Of a stretch of 64,000 bases of DNA, positions 24,191-38,006 are shown piece by piece. Where the stretch lies: assembly GCA_035084275.1 (NCBI GenBank), contig CM068757.1, positions 6,324,001-6,388,000 of the forward strand, written 5' to 3'. Position 1 is the first letter of the stretch, and each line of letters starts with the position of its first letter. This stretch comes from Hydrolagus colliei. Taxonomy: Eukaryota. The notes under the pieces were generated by a model, which saw only the letters and a program-made list of their open reading frames with translations, ran no database searches and was not told the DNA's origin. Both the position numbers and the translations under genes were made by a program.

Positions 24191-24315
24191 GCAATATTAC
24201 TGGTATGATGAGAGGGGAAAGAAAATCAAATGCACAGCGCCCCAGTATGTGGATTTCGTAATGACTAGTGTACAGAAGTCAGTGACAGATGAAGATATTT
24301 TTCCAACAAAATATG
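24191..24315 (+). CDS. MOB2: MOB2 coding exon 4 (125 nt)
   Basis: caacag acceptor; QYYWYDERGKKIKCTAPQYVDFVMTSVQKSVTDEDIFPTKYG; gtaggt donor. Confidence 0.97.
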
Positions 24316-25589
24316 GTAGGTATTCATGTATATTTTTTGTAGAGATTCTTTGGCACAGAGACAATGTCCAAGATATAATTTGGGTGGTTCTGTTGATGAG
24401 AGAGCTATGCCCTCACTCGGTGCATACAACTCTTGCAATGCACACAATCTCAGAGTAGCAATCCACAGTTGGTATTGTGTGTGAAGCATTAGGAATTGTT
24501 GATGATTTATAAAATCAGGAATTTGTTTCACGGAGTCTTGTTAAATATTGGACAGAATTGTGTGTGTTGAGGACTAAATTGCGTGCTCTTGGATTGACCT
24601 CTGCGGTAACCCAATTAGTTCACATACTCGAGTTCTCTTTGTCTTATTTTAAAGATGACTTAAATCCTCAGAAGTCCTAAGAGTAAACAGCAGCTGATCC
24701 TGGCTGGAACAGACCAGTGTTGGTCTCCATCTCCACTTTGCCCCGTGACTTTCTCATTTTGTGCTTCCTCTGCTCTGAACAAAGCCCAGGTGACAGTTTA
24801 AAAATCAGTTGACCACTGCATTACTGTACAAGTCTGACAACCGAACACTCAGGTTACTCGGCATGTTGCCATCTTCCATGTTCAAACTTTGTCCCAGAAC
24901 ATTCAGTTGCTGTCCCCGGGTACTTGAATCTGCTGTGATGCATTCAGGCTTTCTGATTACTCTGAAAGGCGAAGGCAAAAATATAAAACAGTTTACAGTC
25001 AGAACAGTGCCTGGTCCAGGGTTTGTTACTATTCTTCTTGCATAACTTGTTTGCACTGCTGATAAACGAGTGAGCGAGGGAGGCACTGATTTCCCCCCCC
25101 CCCTCTTAAATTTGTGTGCAGCAACAGCATGACCAGATGTGACTCAGAGTTGCCACTGTAGTCACTGAACTATGGTCACTAGAAATATGTTTGAACAGGC
25201 TTATGATTTTAAGCAACCTATTGGTGGATCCGGATGAGGCAGGAACATGACTATAGCTAACCATTTTTGGTTATTTCTGGTCTGGTGATAAGGGGTTCTG
25301 CTAGTGGTGAGTGCTGCCAGGGCTTCTATATTCCCAGCAAATCTAATTGGCGCATCTTATGAGATTGGTGTTTCACAGAACAGACTGCAAAGAACACTGG
25401 GTTCATAGCACTCCTTTGAAAATCCTTTAACTTAGTTTTCATATTTAATTTTCTGCTTGACTTATTTGCTTGTGGAAAATAGCAATTCATTTCCTGTTTG
25501 GACTTTCCATCCAGTTGGTTAACTAAGAAATAACTTGCCTTTTTATAGCATACTTTACTATAACTATTAAGTGAACTGGCTGTTTTTTT

Positions 25590-25885
25590 TTGGTAGGCAA
25601 CTGTGGCAGCCATTTTGTCCACAGCAATATCCCATCAACAACCCTAGATGGAAGAAAAGTGATGTTGGCTCAGATATGGGTAGAAATTCCTGCCTCTTCA
25701 AATGGTGATCCACCACTTGCATTTGAGGACAGAATCCCAGTTCAGTCACATTTCGTTCAAAAGATTGTACCTCCCATTATGGAGCATTCCCACAGTCCTG
25801 CTCAGCAGTGCAAGCCTCAACTGGGCTCACATCCTGATGCAAGACTTGAACCAACTTCCCTTTGGCTCAGAAGGCAAGACAACAA
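25590..25885 (-). mobile_element. Highly diverged DeuSINE
   Basis: GGCAGCCATTTTGTCCACAGCAATATCCCA...GACTTGAACCAACTTCCCTTTGGCTCAGA (reverse B box/head). Confidence 0.6.
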
Positions 25886-26676
25886 AACAACAGCACCCAG
25901 TGGCTCACAGGTTCTCAAGTGTGTCACGGCTCACACAACTCCCATTTTAGAGTGCAATTCCAATAATTAAGAGATTATAGCTGACTGTTAAACTTTGTCA
26001 GTCGGCAGTCTTTACAAGGGCCTGAGAGTTGAGGAAACATTTGAGCTGCTTGTGCTGTAGCTGACAAATTTCTCGGACTGCCTTTGAGCAGAGAAACTGG
26101 ACAGTAGACAAGGAGGGAAATACATCTGTTTCCCTACTTCTGGAAAACAAATCATTAAAAATTTGTTTTAAAAAGCAGGAAATGAATATATTCCACTTTA
26201 ATCCCTTAATCAGTGTTTAGAGTATTGAAGACTGCACAGTCTGTTTGCACAAGTCTCTCACAGCATAATAGGGACTGTGGCTCCCTCAAGTGGCAATATG
26301 TTTTACCACTGAGTTACACTGAATTATATTCCTTAGATTAAATGTGCAGTAGATGTATTTAGTTCATGTTGCCTTTCAAAGCTTCAAGTATTTTAAACTT
26401 CTATCTCTGGCCTTTCTGTTGAGCAGTTTGAGACGTCCTGCTGATGTGAAAGAGTTGTGTAAATGTGCATTGCATCTTGCCCAGTTGCATTGTCAAGATT
26501 TTTTAAAACGGGAAAAGTCTTTAAAAAAAAGTTATTGTGATTGTATTGTTTGGTGGATCAGAATCAGAAGTAAAGACCAGTTTGCTTTCTCCCTCCCACC
26601 CATTTCAGTGCATTAACTCTCCACTTGCTGTGGTATCAATGCTAGTTTCTAACCTTGTTCATTTCTCTTATTGCAG

Positions 26677-26942
26677 GCAAAGACTTCCCAAACTCCTTCG
26701 AGACGCTAATTAAAAAAATCTGCAAGTATCTATTCCATGTACTAACGCATATCTACTGGTCCCATTTTAAGGAGACTGTTGCATTGGACCTACATGGACA
26801 TTTGAATGCACTGTATACACATTTTATGTTATTTATAAGGGAGTTCAACTTGGTAGACCCAAAGGAAACAGTTATCATGGATGACCTGACTGAAATTCTC
26901 TGCAACAGTACAGAGGCACAGAACCACATCAAGGAAAGATGA
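26677..26942 (+). CDS. MOB2: MOB2 last coding exon (266 nt to TGA)
   Basis: ttgcag acceptor; GKDFPNSFETLIKKICKYLFHVLTHIYWSHF...NSTEAQNHIKER*. The five exons sum to 753 nt (250 aa + stop) with consistent phases. Confidence 0.97.
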
Positions 26943-28745
26943 AGCATGTACGTGCAAGGAAAGGACATTTGATCATGAAGACTGTGGAACTTGCTCGGAT
27001 GTGCGGCTGGTATCGAGTGTGGAATTTCATTTCGCGCAATGTAAATGAGGTGTTATTTTTAGGAAAGAACCACATTCGACATGGGAAGATGCTTTCTAGA
27101 ATGGCGGTGCTGCCATTTTTAATGTATTCTGATCTGCTATTAAGTGACCTCTCTTATCTATTGAAGCGGCAGTCTGACTGCCAAATGTGCTCTGTGAGTC
27201 TGCTTTTCTCCCCACACAGAGTATAGGAATGGAAAGAGAGAGCCATAGTATAGCTGTGATTTACCTGAAAACAGTGCTGGGAATTTGGACGATCAAGTTC
27301 TTGGGATACCAAAGCCATTGTGTTGCTCTGTATTGCAATTGATCTAGCGCTTCTACTCACTATTGCACTCAAGCCGGTCAGTGCATTCGGGTGGCAGTCT
27401 CCATATTTCTATTTTTTAAAGGAAAACTTAATCTGCAGCTGCTAATGATACCTTGGCTTGCATTCATACCTTTTGGATGAAATGCCCATTCTCTCCCCAC
27501 CCACCCACATTCCCCTTCCTATAAGCCATTCTAAACTCACAAGTTAACCAATTAGCCTCAAAACATGAACAACTTCCGATAAGCCAATGCTGATGGGAGG
27601 GAATGATGTTAAAAACAAGAGTGATTCCGAGTGACCAGGCCCCAGTTTAGCATTACAATGACTGGGACTTCTGTCGACGCTTTTCGGTGTACTCCCATCA
27701 CATGGGACCCTTCGCTCCACTATCTGGGAACTTTCTCGATTGAGCGCAAGGGGAAATAAACATCAGTCTGATCCTTCTCCCAAGGCAGCCACTTACGAGC
27801 GTCCATAGAAGCCACACTTCCTTTGTAAATACTTGTGAAAGGTTGGCGTGGTGTATGAGTGCAAATAGCAAATATAGTGACTTTATCGATTTTTTATTAT
27901 TATTACGCCCAATTTGTGTTATCGCATCTTCTAACTTTTAGCTATGCAGTTAAACCCTCAAGATCATTGGGAATAAATAAAGGGAGGGTTAATTAAGAGT
28001 TGGGGATCATAGATTTCCAGTCTGGGTTCCCTTGGTGTCGGTTTAAAGCTGAGGGATGGCACGCAATATACTGATTATTTTATTTAGAAGTGTTTTTTTT
28101 TTCTTTCCCGCTCCTCCCCCCACCCCAATCCACCCTCCTCACCTTTTAAGTTTGTTTCTCTTGTGTTGGATTGGGAAAATGTTGAACTTTCAACCTGAGC
28201 TGGTTGTAGTTCAGTCTGGTTTCCTGCAAATGTTTTCCAAGCAAATTTATTTTATTTTTTGGCTTCATTAATATAAAAGCGTAAATAAAAAAGGGACAAA
28301 AAAGAAATGCCTGCATGGCTGTGGATTGATGCTTACTGTACAGTGCATATATTTATAGAAGGGTATGCCTTACTGTATATAAATATTCACCGACACGTTC
28401 TATGCCTTAGACTGTGCTGAGGTTTATAACGGTACTGGCGAGGCCAGTCTGGAGCTCTGAATGCTAAAATGTATGAGAGAGAAAGAGAGACTGAGTGAAT
28501 GAGTGAGTGAGACGTCCAACAGTTGTGTCTGTGCAGGGTCACCGCCAACTGTTAGTTACTGCTCCCTTACAAAATAGCCACCTTGAAAGCCTGATCAGCA
28601 AACATATACAACTCGTGATCTGTAAATAATGTGGTTATTACCTTTATATAAGATGAGACAATCCTCCTTGCCGTTCTTCAGACTGGGTAAGATGTTGCTC
28701 ATGCAGGGAAAAAAATCAAATAAAATAAATAACCTTTAAATGTCT
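26943..28745 (+). other. MOB2: MOB2 3' UTR (end inferred)
   Basis: No recognisable interspersed repeats; AT-rich; TGTAHATA motifs; ends at overlapping AATAAA followed by a GT/T-rich tract. More proximal AATAAA near 27972 and 28284 may also be used. Confidence 0.6.
28719..28729 (+). terminator. Probable MOB2 polyadenylation signal (two overlapping AATAAA)
   Basis: AATAAAATAAA at 28719-28729, then TGTCTTTGTTTTTTATGTG at 28741-28759. Confidence 0.6.
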
Positions 28746-30676
28746 TTGTTTTTTATGTGAAATGATTTTGCATCTTGCGTTGGGCTTATTTATCTATTGC
28801 CACCAAATAGGATTAGTTTTAACATTTTTAAAAACCTCATAAATTATTGCATAACCTTCTTAAAGCAGGGGGGTGGGGTGATCAAATCTGGCTCTAAAAG
28901 AGTGAAAGACTTATCTGCGAAGTGTTTTGGACCGTTACCTAGTTGTGACTGCATTTTTATTGAGGCTTGTCTGATATGGTGGATGTCTTTGTGGAAACCT
29001 GCAGACAGTCTTGTCTGCTTTGTGCACAAGCTGCTAGGAAACTTGAGCAGAAAGTTTCCAAGAAGGAAAATACATTATTTCAAATTCAGCATTAGCCCCA
29101 GGATTTGAACCACCCCAAGCAGGTCAGTGCTTTGTATCATCTGGTGATAGTTCTATAAGGAGAGAAGTTGGTGTTCCACCAACTCCTACACATGGTTTTG
29201 TTCAGAGGCAGATGTTGACTGAATTTCAGGTCCCTATTTATAGGAAGCTGCTCAAGGTGGGAGTATTGGAGCTGGAATTTAACACAACAAACCCACTGCC
29301 AACAATCAATCAGCCTGAACCTAAGGGCCCTTGAATTTTTTAACATGTAAACATCGATGTAAACACATCATTCTTTTAAATTCTCTAGACATTTGGAACC
29401 AGAAATGAATGTTTTTGATGCTGTATTCATCCATTGCAATGATTACCTTCCACGTATGGCCAAACACTGTGTTAAGTGTCATCCACTCTCCACATTCCAT
29501 CTGCAACAGCAGAAACTGTTAGAAACTATAAATATTTTTGGGGGGGGGGGGTAATCGTGAGTAATTAAATATTTTGGCAAAGGATCGTATTAAATATGAA
29601 AGAGCTTTGAAACACCCCCACCCCCAGCCTGCCTGTTTCCAGAGAAATCGGCCTGTGCCTGAACCTCAAAAATAATCCTAAATGGAGTGTTTCAATGATG
29701 TTCAGCTGCAACAGTGATCAGGGGGGTGCATCGTGGCAAGCTGCCAAAATAGTTCATGTCAAATCAAATCTTATTACAATATATCTCTCAGTAAACCACG
29801 AAAAGAACAGGAAAATTGGCCAAGTTACACCACATTTCCAAATATCTGGTCAGAGCATTATCCCTGCTGGCAAGAGATGACATGAAGCACACCTTTCCTT
29901 GATTATAAGATCAATTCCTTTTATAACATACCTTTGGCCAATGTTGGAAATGCAACAAACGTTGAACTTCCATTTCATTATCCGCTTATTGTTGTCAAGA
30001 ATAATGCACGCCTTAAAACACCTTCCTTCCTCGTGCTAAAAGTAATGAAAATTCAAAGCAAGATCCTGTTTGTGCCCTTAGCCACCAGGAAAATCTTTTC
30101 AAAGGAACCCTGGGACACTAGATTAGTTTATAAACCTTGCTGTGGTACTAGTGAGATCTGAAATCACTCGCTACTCCACACTGTAACAGTCGGATTGAGA
30201 TGGATGACAAACCATTACCAGAGGAGAGAGTTCCTGAAGCTAAAGTTACCCAATACCAGAAGAGCATGTACTGTAGCTAAGTAAATGTAAAACACTAGTT
30301 GCTGTTGATCTGCAAACAGTGGTTTGAACCTAATTGAATCTATTTTTCCAACATCTATAAATAGACAACTGTTCCTGATAATCAGGTATAATGGATAACG
30401 GATTTTAAAAAAAGCATACTATTAAACTACATTTTCAACCTGTGCTCTGTTTAACCACAAAACTGGCGTTTTATTATCAAGAGAATCTAAAGCCTGACAG
30501 AGTGACGCTGGAACAAACTCGATGCAACAGCTTGTTACCTGTTCGGGAGTAGAGACTTGACGCACACATTCTGTGACTGGCTGTGTGTTCTGGGGTCAGT
30601 CTGCAAACAGACCAAGAGAAAACATGAGCTTTAAGCTGTTGCATGTTTCAGTACTTTCCATTTTGTGAAGCGAAGA

Positions 30677-31080
30677 TTCTTCTTCTTGGAGCAGAGAAGG
30701 TTAAGAGGCGACTTAATAGACATTTTCAAAATTATCAGGGGAGTTTATAGGGTGAACAAGGAGAAACTATTTCCATTGGTGAGTGGGTCAGTAATCCGAG
30801 GACACCCACTTAAAATAGTTGTAAAAAGAAACAGAGGGGAGGTGAGAAGAATTTTGTTTTTGTGCAACGAGTTGCTTGGATCCGGAATGCATTGCCTGAA
30901 AGGGTGGTGGAAGCCGATTCAATAACACCTTTTAAGTAGATAGTCATTTGGGGAGGACAGGTTTGCAGGGCTACGGGGAGAGAGCAGGCAAGTAGGATTG
31001 ATTTGGACAGCTCTTCAATCAGCCGGCAAAGACACGATAGGCGAATGGCCTCCTTCTGTGCTGTATAATTCTATGATTCT
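30677..31080 (+). mobile_element. CR1 LINE 3' fragment
   Basis: FFLEQRRLRGDLIDIFKIIRG...KLFPL...RGHPLKIV then frameshift; ATTCTATGATTCT tail; same family as 5101-5421. Confidence 0.92.
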
Positions 31081-33084
31081 TGCACACCTTGTAAATATGC
31101 TGTGCTCCCATTTCTAAACGTGACAGCCAATAAAATCCATTCTACATATTTTTCTATCCCCTTAATGAGGGATATAACTTTTCTTGTTCGGGGTGGGTGG
31201 GTGCATATACTATTATTCTACAAACTAGTGCAGCAACACTTGATCTGTAACTAAAATCATTCATAATTTGTACAGCACCTTTTACATCAGGAGGACATCC
31301 CAAGGTACTGGACAATCAGGGATTTAATATTAATAACCAAGCAAATACCATTTTGGAATAGGAGTTTGATGGACTGCTTTGCATTAAATCCATATTATAC
31401 CGACTGCCTGAATTGTTAATTAAATCTCCAAAGTTTATTGGTCTATAAGGGGCTACAACTCAATTAAGAGCGCAGATGCCTCGGATGTCTACGCTGCTAA
31501 GCAACTGAGAAATTGTTAACTGTAGCATACATGCCTGAGAAGTTCACATTAATCAAATGTCAGGGGTGTGTGTATGACTGTGTGGGGGAAGCAGGTTGAC
31601 AGTAAGTTTGAACTATGTTATGTTTGCTCTGATCTGTCCTCAGGTAGCAGTTTTATGTGTGCCATCTGCTGGCTATCTGCAGGCATTACAGTACAAATGA
31701 AATTGCATCTGATTGTGCATGGAGGAATTGTTCGGAATTGAATTTTGTTAACTTTTGTCTTTAGGCAGGACTAGCCGAGTTCAAGCACAAGAAAATAAAC
31801 GGAAAACGCTTTGGGGGTTAACTTAACCTGTAGCCACTTAAATAATAAATGAAATTCTAACGACCCCAGACATGACCAGAACTGGGGATTTTGCATCGAC
31901 TCTGTTAAGAAGTTCGGACAAATCCACACCAACTCAGTGCGTTCAAACATTTGGTGGGTCCAATTCAAGGAGTTCCTTTTTTTCCCTATTCTGTTCAGTC
32001 CACAAAGATGTACAGCATTTCTAAGGAATGGTTTACACCAATGAACATATTTACACAGCAGCGAATGTAATCTTATTGCTTATTATTCGCTGGCTTGTGC
32101 ATATATGAATAGTTCTCATATTTTCCCAAATCGTGAAGAAAATTGGGGAGCTCTCAGTTTTAAGATTTTATGGTATTCATCGGTTTTATTGATTTATTAA
32201 TAAAATATTTATTCATTTATTATTGCCTTTTGCAACTTTCTCTGCTGTTCCTCTTAAACTCCAAATCAGTTGTCTACATGTTCTTCCCACTCCCTAGATT
32301 ACAGGGACATCACTTACAGCACCTACAACTACTGTTAACTCATTATTTCTCAACGCTGTGGAACTCAGCGTTTTCCTCAAACATCCCAGAAGCTGACACC
32401 TAAGGCCACGGCCACTATTTAAATGCAACTTTTTGTCACCTCACCTCCTAATCCTTCTTAACTTATCTTGCCTGTCAATAACCTTGATTCCTGTCCCTCC
32501 AGTCTTAATAATAGCAATCCTTGCAACTTCCCCTCAGTTCTCCATTTAACATTAAGGACTGTATTAAAGAATCCTTTCCCAGCTTCACTGTCTCAGCCTT
32601 TCCAATAGCAGGTCGGTGAATGGTGACCTGGAACAAAGATATGGGCAGAATTATCTTCAAGGAAGTGGAGAAAACATATTTAAAAATACACGTACGTCCC
32701 GCTGGAATGTTCAGACAGTTGACACTGGACATTTATTTTGTGCAAAAAGTGACAGAAAATTTCCATTTTCAATCAATCTTCTGTCAATTTTCTCCACTGT
32801 AATTGGTAGACTAATCCATACTGAACCAAATTGCTATCAACATCTATACATTGTAGCATGCGACAACCAGGATGGTAAGAAGCAGAATAGATAGACCTTG
32901 TTCTTTTTTCCCCAACCAATTCCTAAGAAATCTCAAGCGCACATTTCAACAACTTCAGGAGCAAAATTGATCACAACACTGGGACTGTCCACAACCCAAA
33001 GCTCAAAGATAGCCTTGTCACCAGCACATAACTCGAGGCTCCAAGCATTCATTGGAAAATACACTTTATTAGTTTAACTATCAT

Positions 33085-33480
33085 TTCAGAATTGAATAAG
33101 GTCATCAGGTCCATTGAGCCCATTCCAAGGCAATAGCTGGCAATCAAACCCGATTCTCCTCTCTCCATCGACTACACTTCAACTGTTATTCTCTTCAAAA
33201 GCCACTAACCTTCAATTACCTTTCTTCATCATATCCAGCACTGGCCTGTTGATATGCCATTCTCCCTTCAATAAAACCATGTCCAATTCTGTGAGATGAG
33301 TCTTACCATTGTTGGATGCTGTCCGATTCCAGATGTCTGCCCTCTCAAGAGTCAAGCCTAATTTGTTCATATGAGATTTTCTCCTAAATCTTTCTGCCAG
33401 AGATACTTTTATGCTCAGAATCAACTGAATTTTTCACTTATAGTTTTTCCAGTTTAAAAATTCCTCCTCAGTCGCTGTCC
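33085..33480 (-). mobile_element. Old CR1 3' fragment
   Basis: Minus strand reads GGGCTCAATGGACCTGATGACCTTATTCAATTCT (tail-like) after degenerate ERFRRK...IWN residues. Confidence 0.5.
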
Positions 33481-34061
33481 TTTCTTAAGGTCTTATTGGA
33501 ATTTCCGATTAACTCCACAAAGGGAATGTCACACAATAAGGAACGAAAGACATTCCTTATTACACATTAGTACATATTGAAAGACACATTGACGATTAAC
33601 TAACAGAAATGTAATTCTAGAAAAAAATTATACCAGTTGCAAGTTACAATAAATGAATGCCTGAGATAGATATCTCTTCAGTTTCCTTTAAACAAGTTCA
33701 GTGCAAATGTAATTTGTCCAACTAACTGATTAATTAGCATTGCAGAATGACAGAAAAGCAGTACAGTACTGTACTGTATTCAAATTTGATCTGAAGATTA
33801 AATACAATCGAGGTAAGATCACACAATGGGTTAAATTCTGTACTTTCTTTTGGGACTTTGGTCTACCTAATTGTGTTTTTTGTGCTTGGGACGGTAAGGA
33901 TTATAAAGCACAATTAGAACGTTTCTGGGAGTCCAATGTGCATCAAACATTTGCTAATTTGGTTACACTGAGGACTGGAGGTGTATCAATACGATGAGGA
34001 CAAGGCACCATGCTGCTGGGTGGGTTAGACTGCTTGGGAAGACAGTGGCAGAATATAACAG

Positions 34062-34180
34062 TAATAATAATAATCATCCTTGCATTTGATTTAACGCTTG
34101 ATCACATCAATGAGACATCGTATAACGCTTCACAGAATATATTGTAAAGTGGATTGGCTGTGTATTGTGTGGGCACAAAT
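34062..34180 (-). mobile_element. Main SINE tail fragment
   Basis: AATCATCCTTGCATTTGAT...GCTTCACAGAATAT. Confidence 0.75.
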
Positions 34181-35974
34181 ATCTGCAAACAATTCTATTA
34201 CAAAGAAAGCAACACAGGCAACATTTTCCAGTTACCCGCTCTGCGCTTCAGCTGGCACTTTGCAGTTTGTATCAGGAAGGATGTTGGGCAACATCAGGAG
34301 CAGCCAAGGGAACTTCTGAAATAACAGCCGGTCTTAATGAATAAGGAAACTCTCCCTTGGCAAATGAATAATGCTGCACCGCCATCATTAATGGAGAAAG
34401 TCATGTTCAAAAACATCTTATTAAATTCAGCCAGAAGAAACCCACCAGGACTCGGATCTGCATGGCTTTGAAAACTCCCTCTGTTTCAGACTGTGCCAAA
34501 CCCAGCCCGGGAGACAGCCTCAATCTCCATTATTAGATGCTCCCCAACGAATTCGAGTGTGTGAGAGAACGACTGCTGTGCCTCGTGAAGGATCGGCATG
34601 TCAGAGCAATCATACGCATCGCAAACTGATCCATTTCCATCAGCTAAAATGCGCTGGGTTCAAGCCCAGGGAGAGAATCTCATTGTACAGCAAGACTCTC
34701 GGGGTATTAGAAAATAATACGTCTCAACGCGAATCTTTTAAGCTGTTTAAAAAACACACACACACACACATTAGAGTCTTGAAATCTCTCAGCATAAATT
34801 CAGCGTTCCTGTGATCATCAAAAGACAGGCTTGACTTTTTATTTTAAAAAGTGAATCTTTATTAAAATCTCAGAAAGTCAAATTCTATTGCTCACGCACT
34901 CGAATTTTGCTGCTCACACAAATGTAAAACACCGAGAGACCTAAACCCCCACAGGAGAGTGCGCCTTGGAGGCGATACAGATCCTTAAAGCTGCCTGCCT
35001 ACCTTTGGTCCACATTCCAGAGACAGTTGATCTATTCCTCCGCATCCAGAGTCGGTCTCAGTGAACGTCACAGAGTAGTTCTAACTCTGCAACGAGAGGC
35101 TAAGATATCACAGGCATTTCCATTTTAAAGCATCTGATATCTTATGCTGGTAGAGATGAATGAATTTACGGTTGTCTGGATCCATGGATCCACAGCACAG
35201 GTTAAACAGACCAGAGCATTCCCTGAAACAAACCTTCCAATCAATCAAACAGAAAGTGAGTGGGCTAGACAGCTAAACTCCAACCCAAAGGCTGGATTTC
35301 CACATTTTATCGATTGATACTGAGGGCAAGCTATGCTCGGTATCAAATTCTCCAAACGTCTGCTCCCCAGGCACGGCAGGGGTTGTCCCGATGATTTTAT
35401 CTGAATGGACGCCACTGTAGAGAAACTGCAGAAGGAAACAATCCACCTACTCCGATAGAAAAAGAAAGGCCAAATTACCAAGAATAATATACAACATGGG
35501 GATACACAAAAATTCCTAGCATCAAAGTATCAACCTTGGGACCGTTAGCCCCCTTTGGGACGTCCTCCCAACGCAAAAGGCGCTTTATATATACTGTACT
35601 GTAGTATATTTGTTATTGCTGTTCTTGTTGAACATCTACAGGAATCCTGGCAATTGGAGTAAAACTTGCTTGTGTCTTCAGGGAGAGTTCCTACTGAGGT
35701 GGTAATAATAATGAATAATAATGGTGGAACGAAAAGCTTCCCCTCCCTCGAATCCGAATGGGAATGGAGGCAAACCATCAAATAAATGAATCAACACTTG
35801 GAAACTTTGCAAGGATTATTACCTCAATGATGCTTAAGATACATTGGAAGGATCTGTAGGTCAGCATTGTACCTACCTACCTGATCAGAAAGTGGGCAGG
35901 ATTCTCAGATCTTTCACACTATGAAGGCAGTGCAGGGCAATGTTTTGTTCTGCTTCCCTTGCATCCTCGGGTAG

Positions 35975-36080
35975 CTAAATATACAGTCAATTCACTTTAC
36001 AGTATATTCTGGTGAAGCACTTTGAGACGTCTAGAACACGTGAAAAGCTCTATATCAAACGCAAGAGTTATTACTTATTA
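35975..36080 (+). mobile_element. Main SINE tail fragment
   Basis: AAATATACAGTCAATTCACTTTACAGTATATTCTG...TATATCAAACGCAAG. Confidence 0.8.
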
Positions 36081-36329
36081 CGTATTATCATAACAGGTGA
36101 CAAGTTTCTGTGACCAACAGTCAAAATTAAATAAACCTTGCGAATGATCTGAAAGACCAAGTCTGTTCTCATTGCTTAAACAGGAACATCTCACCAGCCT
36201 TAAACATCCCTGGAACACAGAAACAATCCTCCCCGGTTGATATATGGGTATTTTACAGCAGATGCTGCTTGGCTCAGTGCTACAGATTATGACTGGCACC
36301 TAGTGGTCAGCAGCAGAATACCAACACAC

Positions 36330-37765
36330 AAAATTTATTGGAATTGAATGAATTTATTGATCTTGCACTTTAAGTTGCTCACAGTTATGTTACAATGGGC
36401 AAGGTGGGTGGATGGTGGGCGGGTGGATACATTTGATGGGTTGATCTGTTAAATAAGGTATTTTTTTTTCTCCAAAGTACAAAATAGGAAGGATATCAAT
36501 ATAAGTATTGCTTTATTTCTCCCCTTCCTGCTTGTACCGTCCGTGTTGTAGTCCAGCCTATCTGCAGAGGTACGGTGTAAGGAAGCATTAATTTGTGCAC
36601 AAGGAGATCAAGAAAGAGGACAGCGCATTATGGGAACAATTACAGCAACGTCATGCAAAGAAAAACCATGTCTGACATGCATACAGTTATACAAGATAAA
36701 TTCAATTACAGTAACCTCCAATGGGTCATGTTTCATTGTCGATTTACTTATGTACAAGTACTGGTCCAATAGTTTCACCTGTAGTACACGCACACTGATA
36801 TGAAACTAACAAATAGCAATATAAGATAATCATTTCAGACACTACTGCTATTCTACATTCTTAAAGTACCGTTATATTTTTTTTAAACATATACTACAAG
36901 TTCCTTGAATTGGGACAGAATAAGTTAAGGTTGTTCACAGAGCTCTGATAAAGTGGGACAAAATATTTTTTTCTTCTTTTAATAAATACAGTAAAGTGTT
37001 GCCTCTTATAAGTCATTCACAATGAAGACAACGCACACCTAGGAGTTTCTGCTGATAAATTACCAGGGCTCAATAAATAAAATCCCGAAAGAAACACTAA
37101 AGGTATATAAAAATGTTCACAATAAATCTCGCCTTTTACAGCAGTGGGTGGTCAAAGCCCCTTAGTAAACCAGCAACACTGTTCAGTCGAACATGGTGCC
37201 CTTGTGAAATGAACAAAAAAAATATATATATACATATATTACCGTGAAAAATAAATAATACTGACAAACTTATAACTGGCAACACAGTGTTTGATTCTGT
37301 TGTTCTACAGCTAAACAAGGTGTCACAACTAGACAAACAGGATCTATACAGAAAGAGGAGGAGTACAAGAAGATGCCTTGGTTACTCTTGTACGGGTTTA
37401 GTTCATTGCTGCCGTGTTGTGTTGTCTGACCCCCTGATCCTTACCCCTCAGCAGCAGTTCCCACCAAAGTCTTGCTTCCCCCCCACCCCCCACCCCCCCA
37501 CCCCGCCGAAAAAAATAGTCCGCTGTAGCTGATGGCTTCGTTGATCAATTTTCCCCCCCAACAACAGCCCCCTTTTCCGGTGGGAAATCTGCCGCTGAAG
37601 GTGTGTGTCCATCCCGCCCAGGATTCCTTTTCCTTTCCTGGGATGCAGGAGTTCCAGAGCGGTCAGTGTTAAGCGACAAAGGGCGCCAGGTTCCCACATG
37701 CACCAAGATATCAGCTGCCTCCTTCAACAAATGTCCGCAGCAAAGGAGTCATCATCAGATGGGAC
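36330..37765 (-). other. BRSK2: BRSK2 3' UTR (end inferred)
   Basis: No recognisable interspersed repeats; minus-strand TGTAHATA at 37227-37234 and 36749-36756; minus AATAAA at 36353-36358 and 36334-36339 followed by TGTGTGTTGG. Confidence 0.55.
36334..36358 (-). terminator. Probable BRSK2 polyadenylation signals
   Basis: Two TTTATT on the + strand (AATAAA on minus) with a GT-rich tract downstream on minus. Confidence 0.5.
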
Positions 37766-37788
37766 TTAACAAGTTTTCTGGACAATTC
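37766..37788 (-). CDS. BRSK2: BRSK2 short C-terminal isoform coding part (GIVQKTC*)
   Basis: Long pyrimidine tract then gccag|GA ATT GTC CAG AAA ACT TGT TAA; phase 1 fits the upstream donors; resembles the mammalian short isoform end GIIPKS*. Confidence 0.75.
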
Positions 37789-38006
37789 CTGGCAGCAGAG
37801 TGGAAATAAATCAGGTCATCAAAAAAAAACGAGAGCAGCAAAAAAAGAAACAGGGAAACACATGTTGCAGAGGGGGGAAGTTTTGCATGTGCTAATCCTC
37901 AGTTATATACAATCATTCCGCCATACAAAATTTGTCTATGGACATTGTGCTGAAGGAGTCTGTTATTTATATCCTCTCAGAACATGGGACTAATTCTAAA
38001 ATGGGT

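Noticed and set aside
24060-24458. 132-aa ORF read as a single-exon gene (likewise 56709-57161 and 38007-38375)
   Set aside because: Only the splice-bounded part is coding; the flanks are intron read-through.
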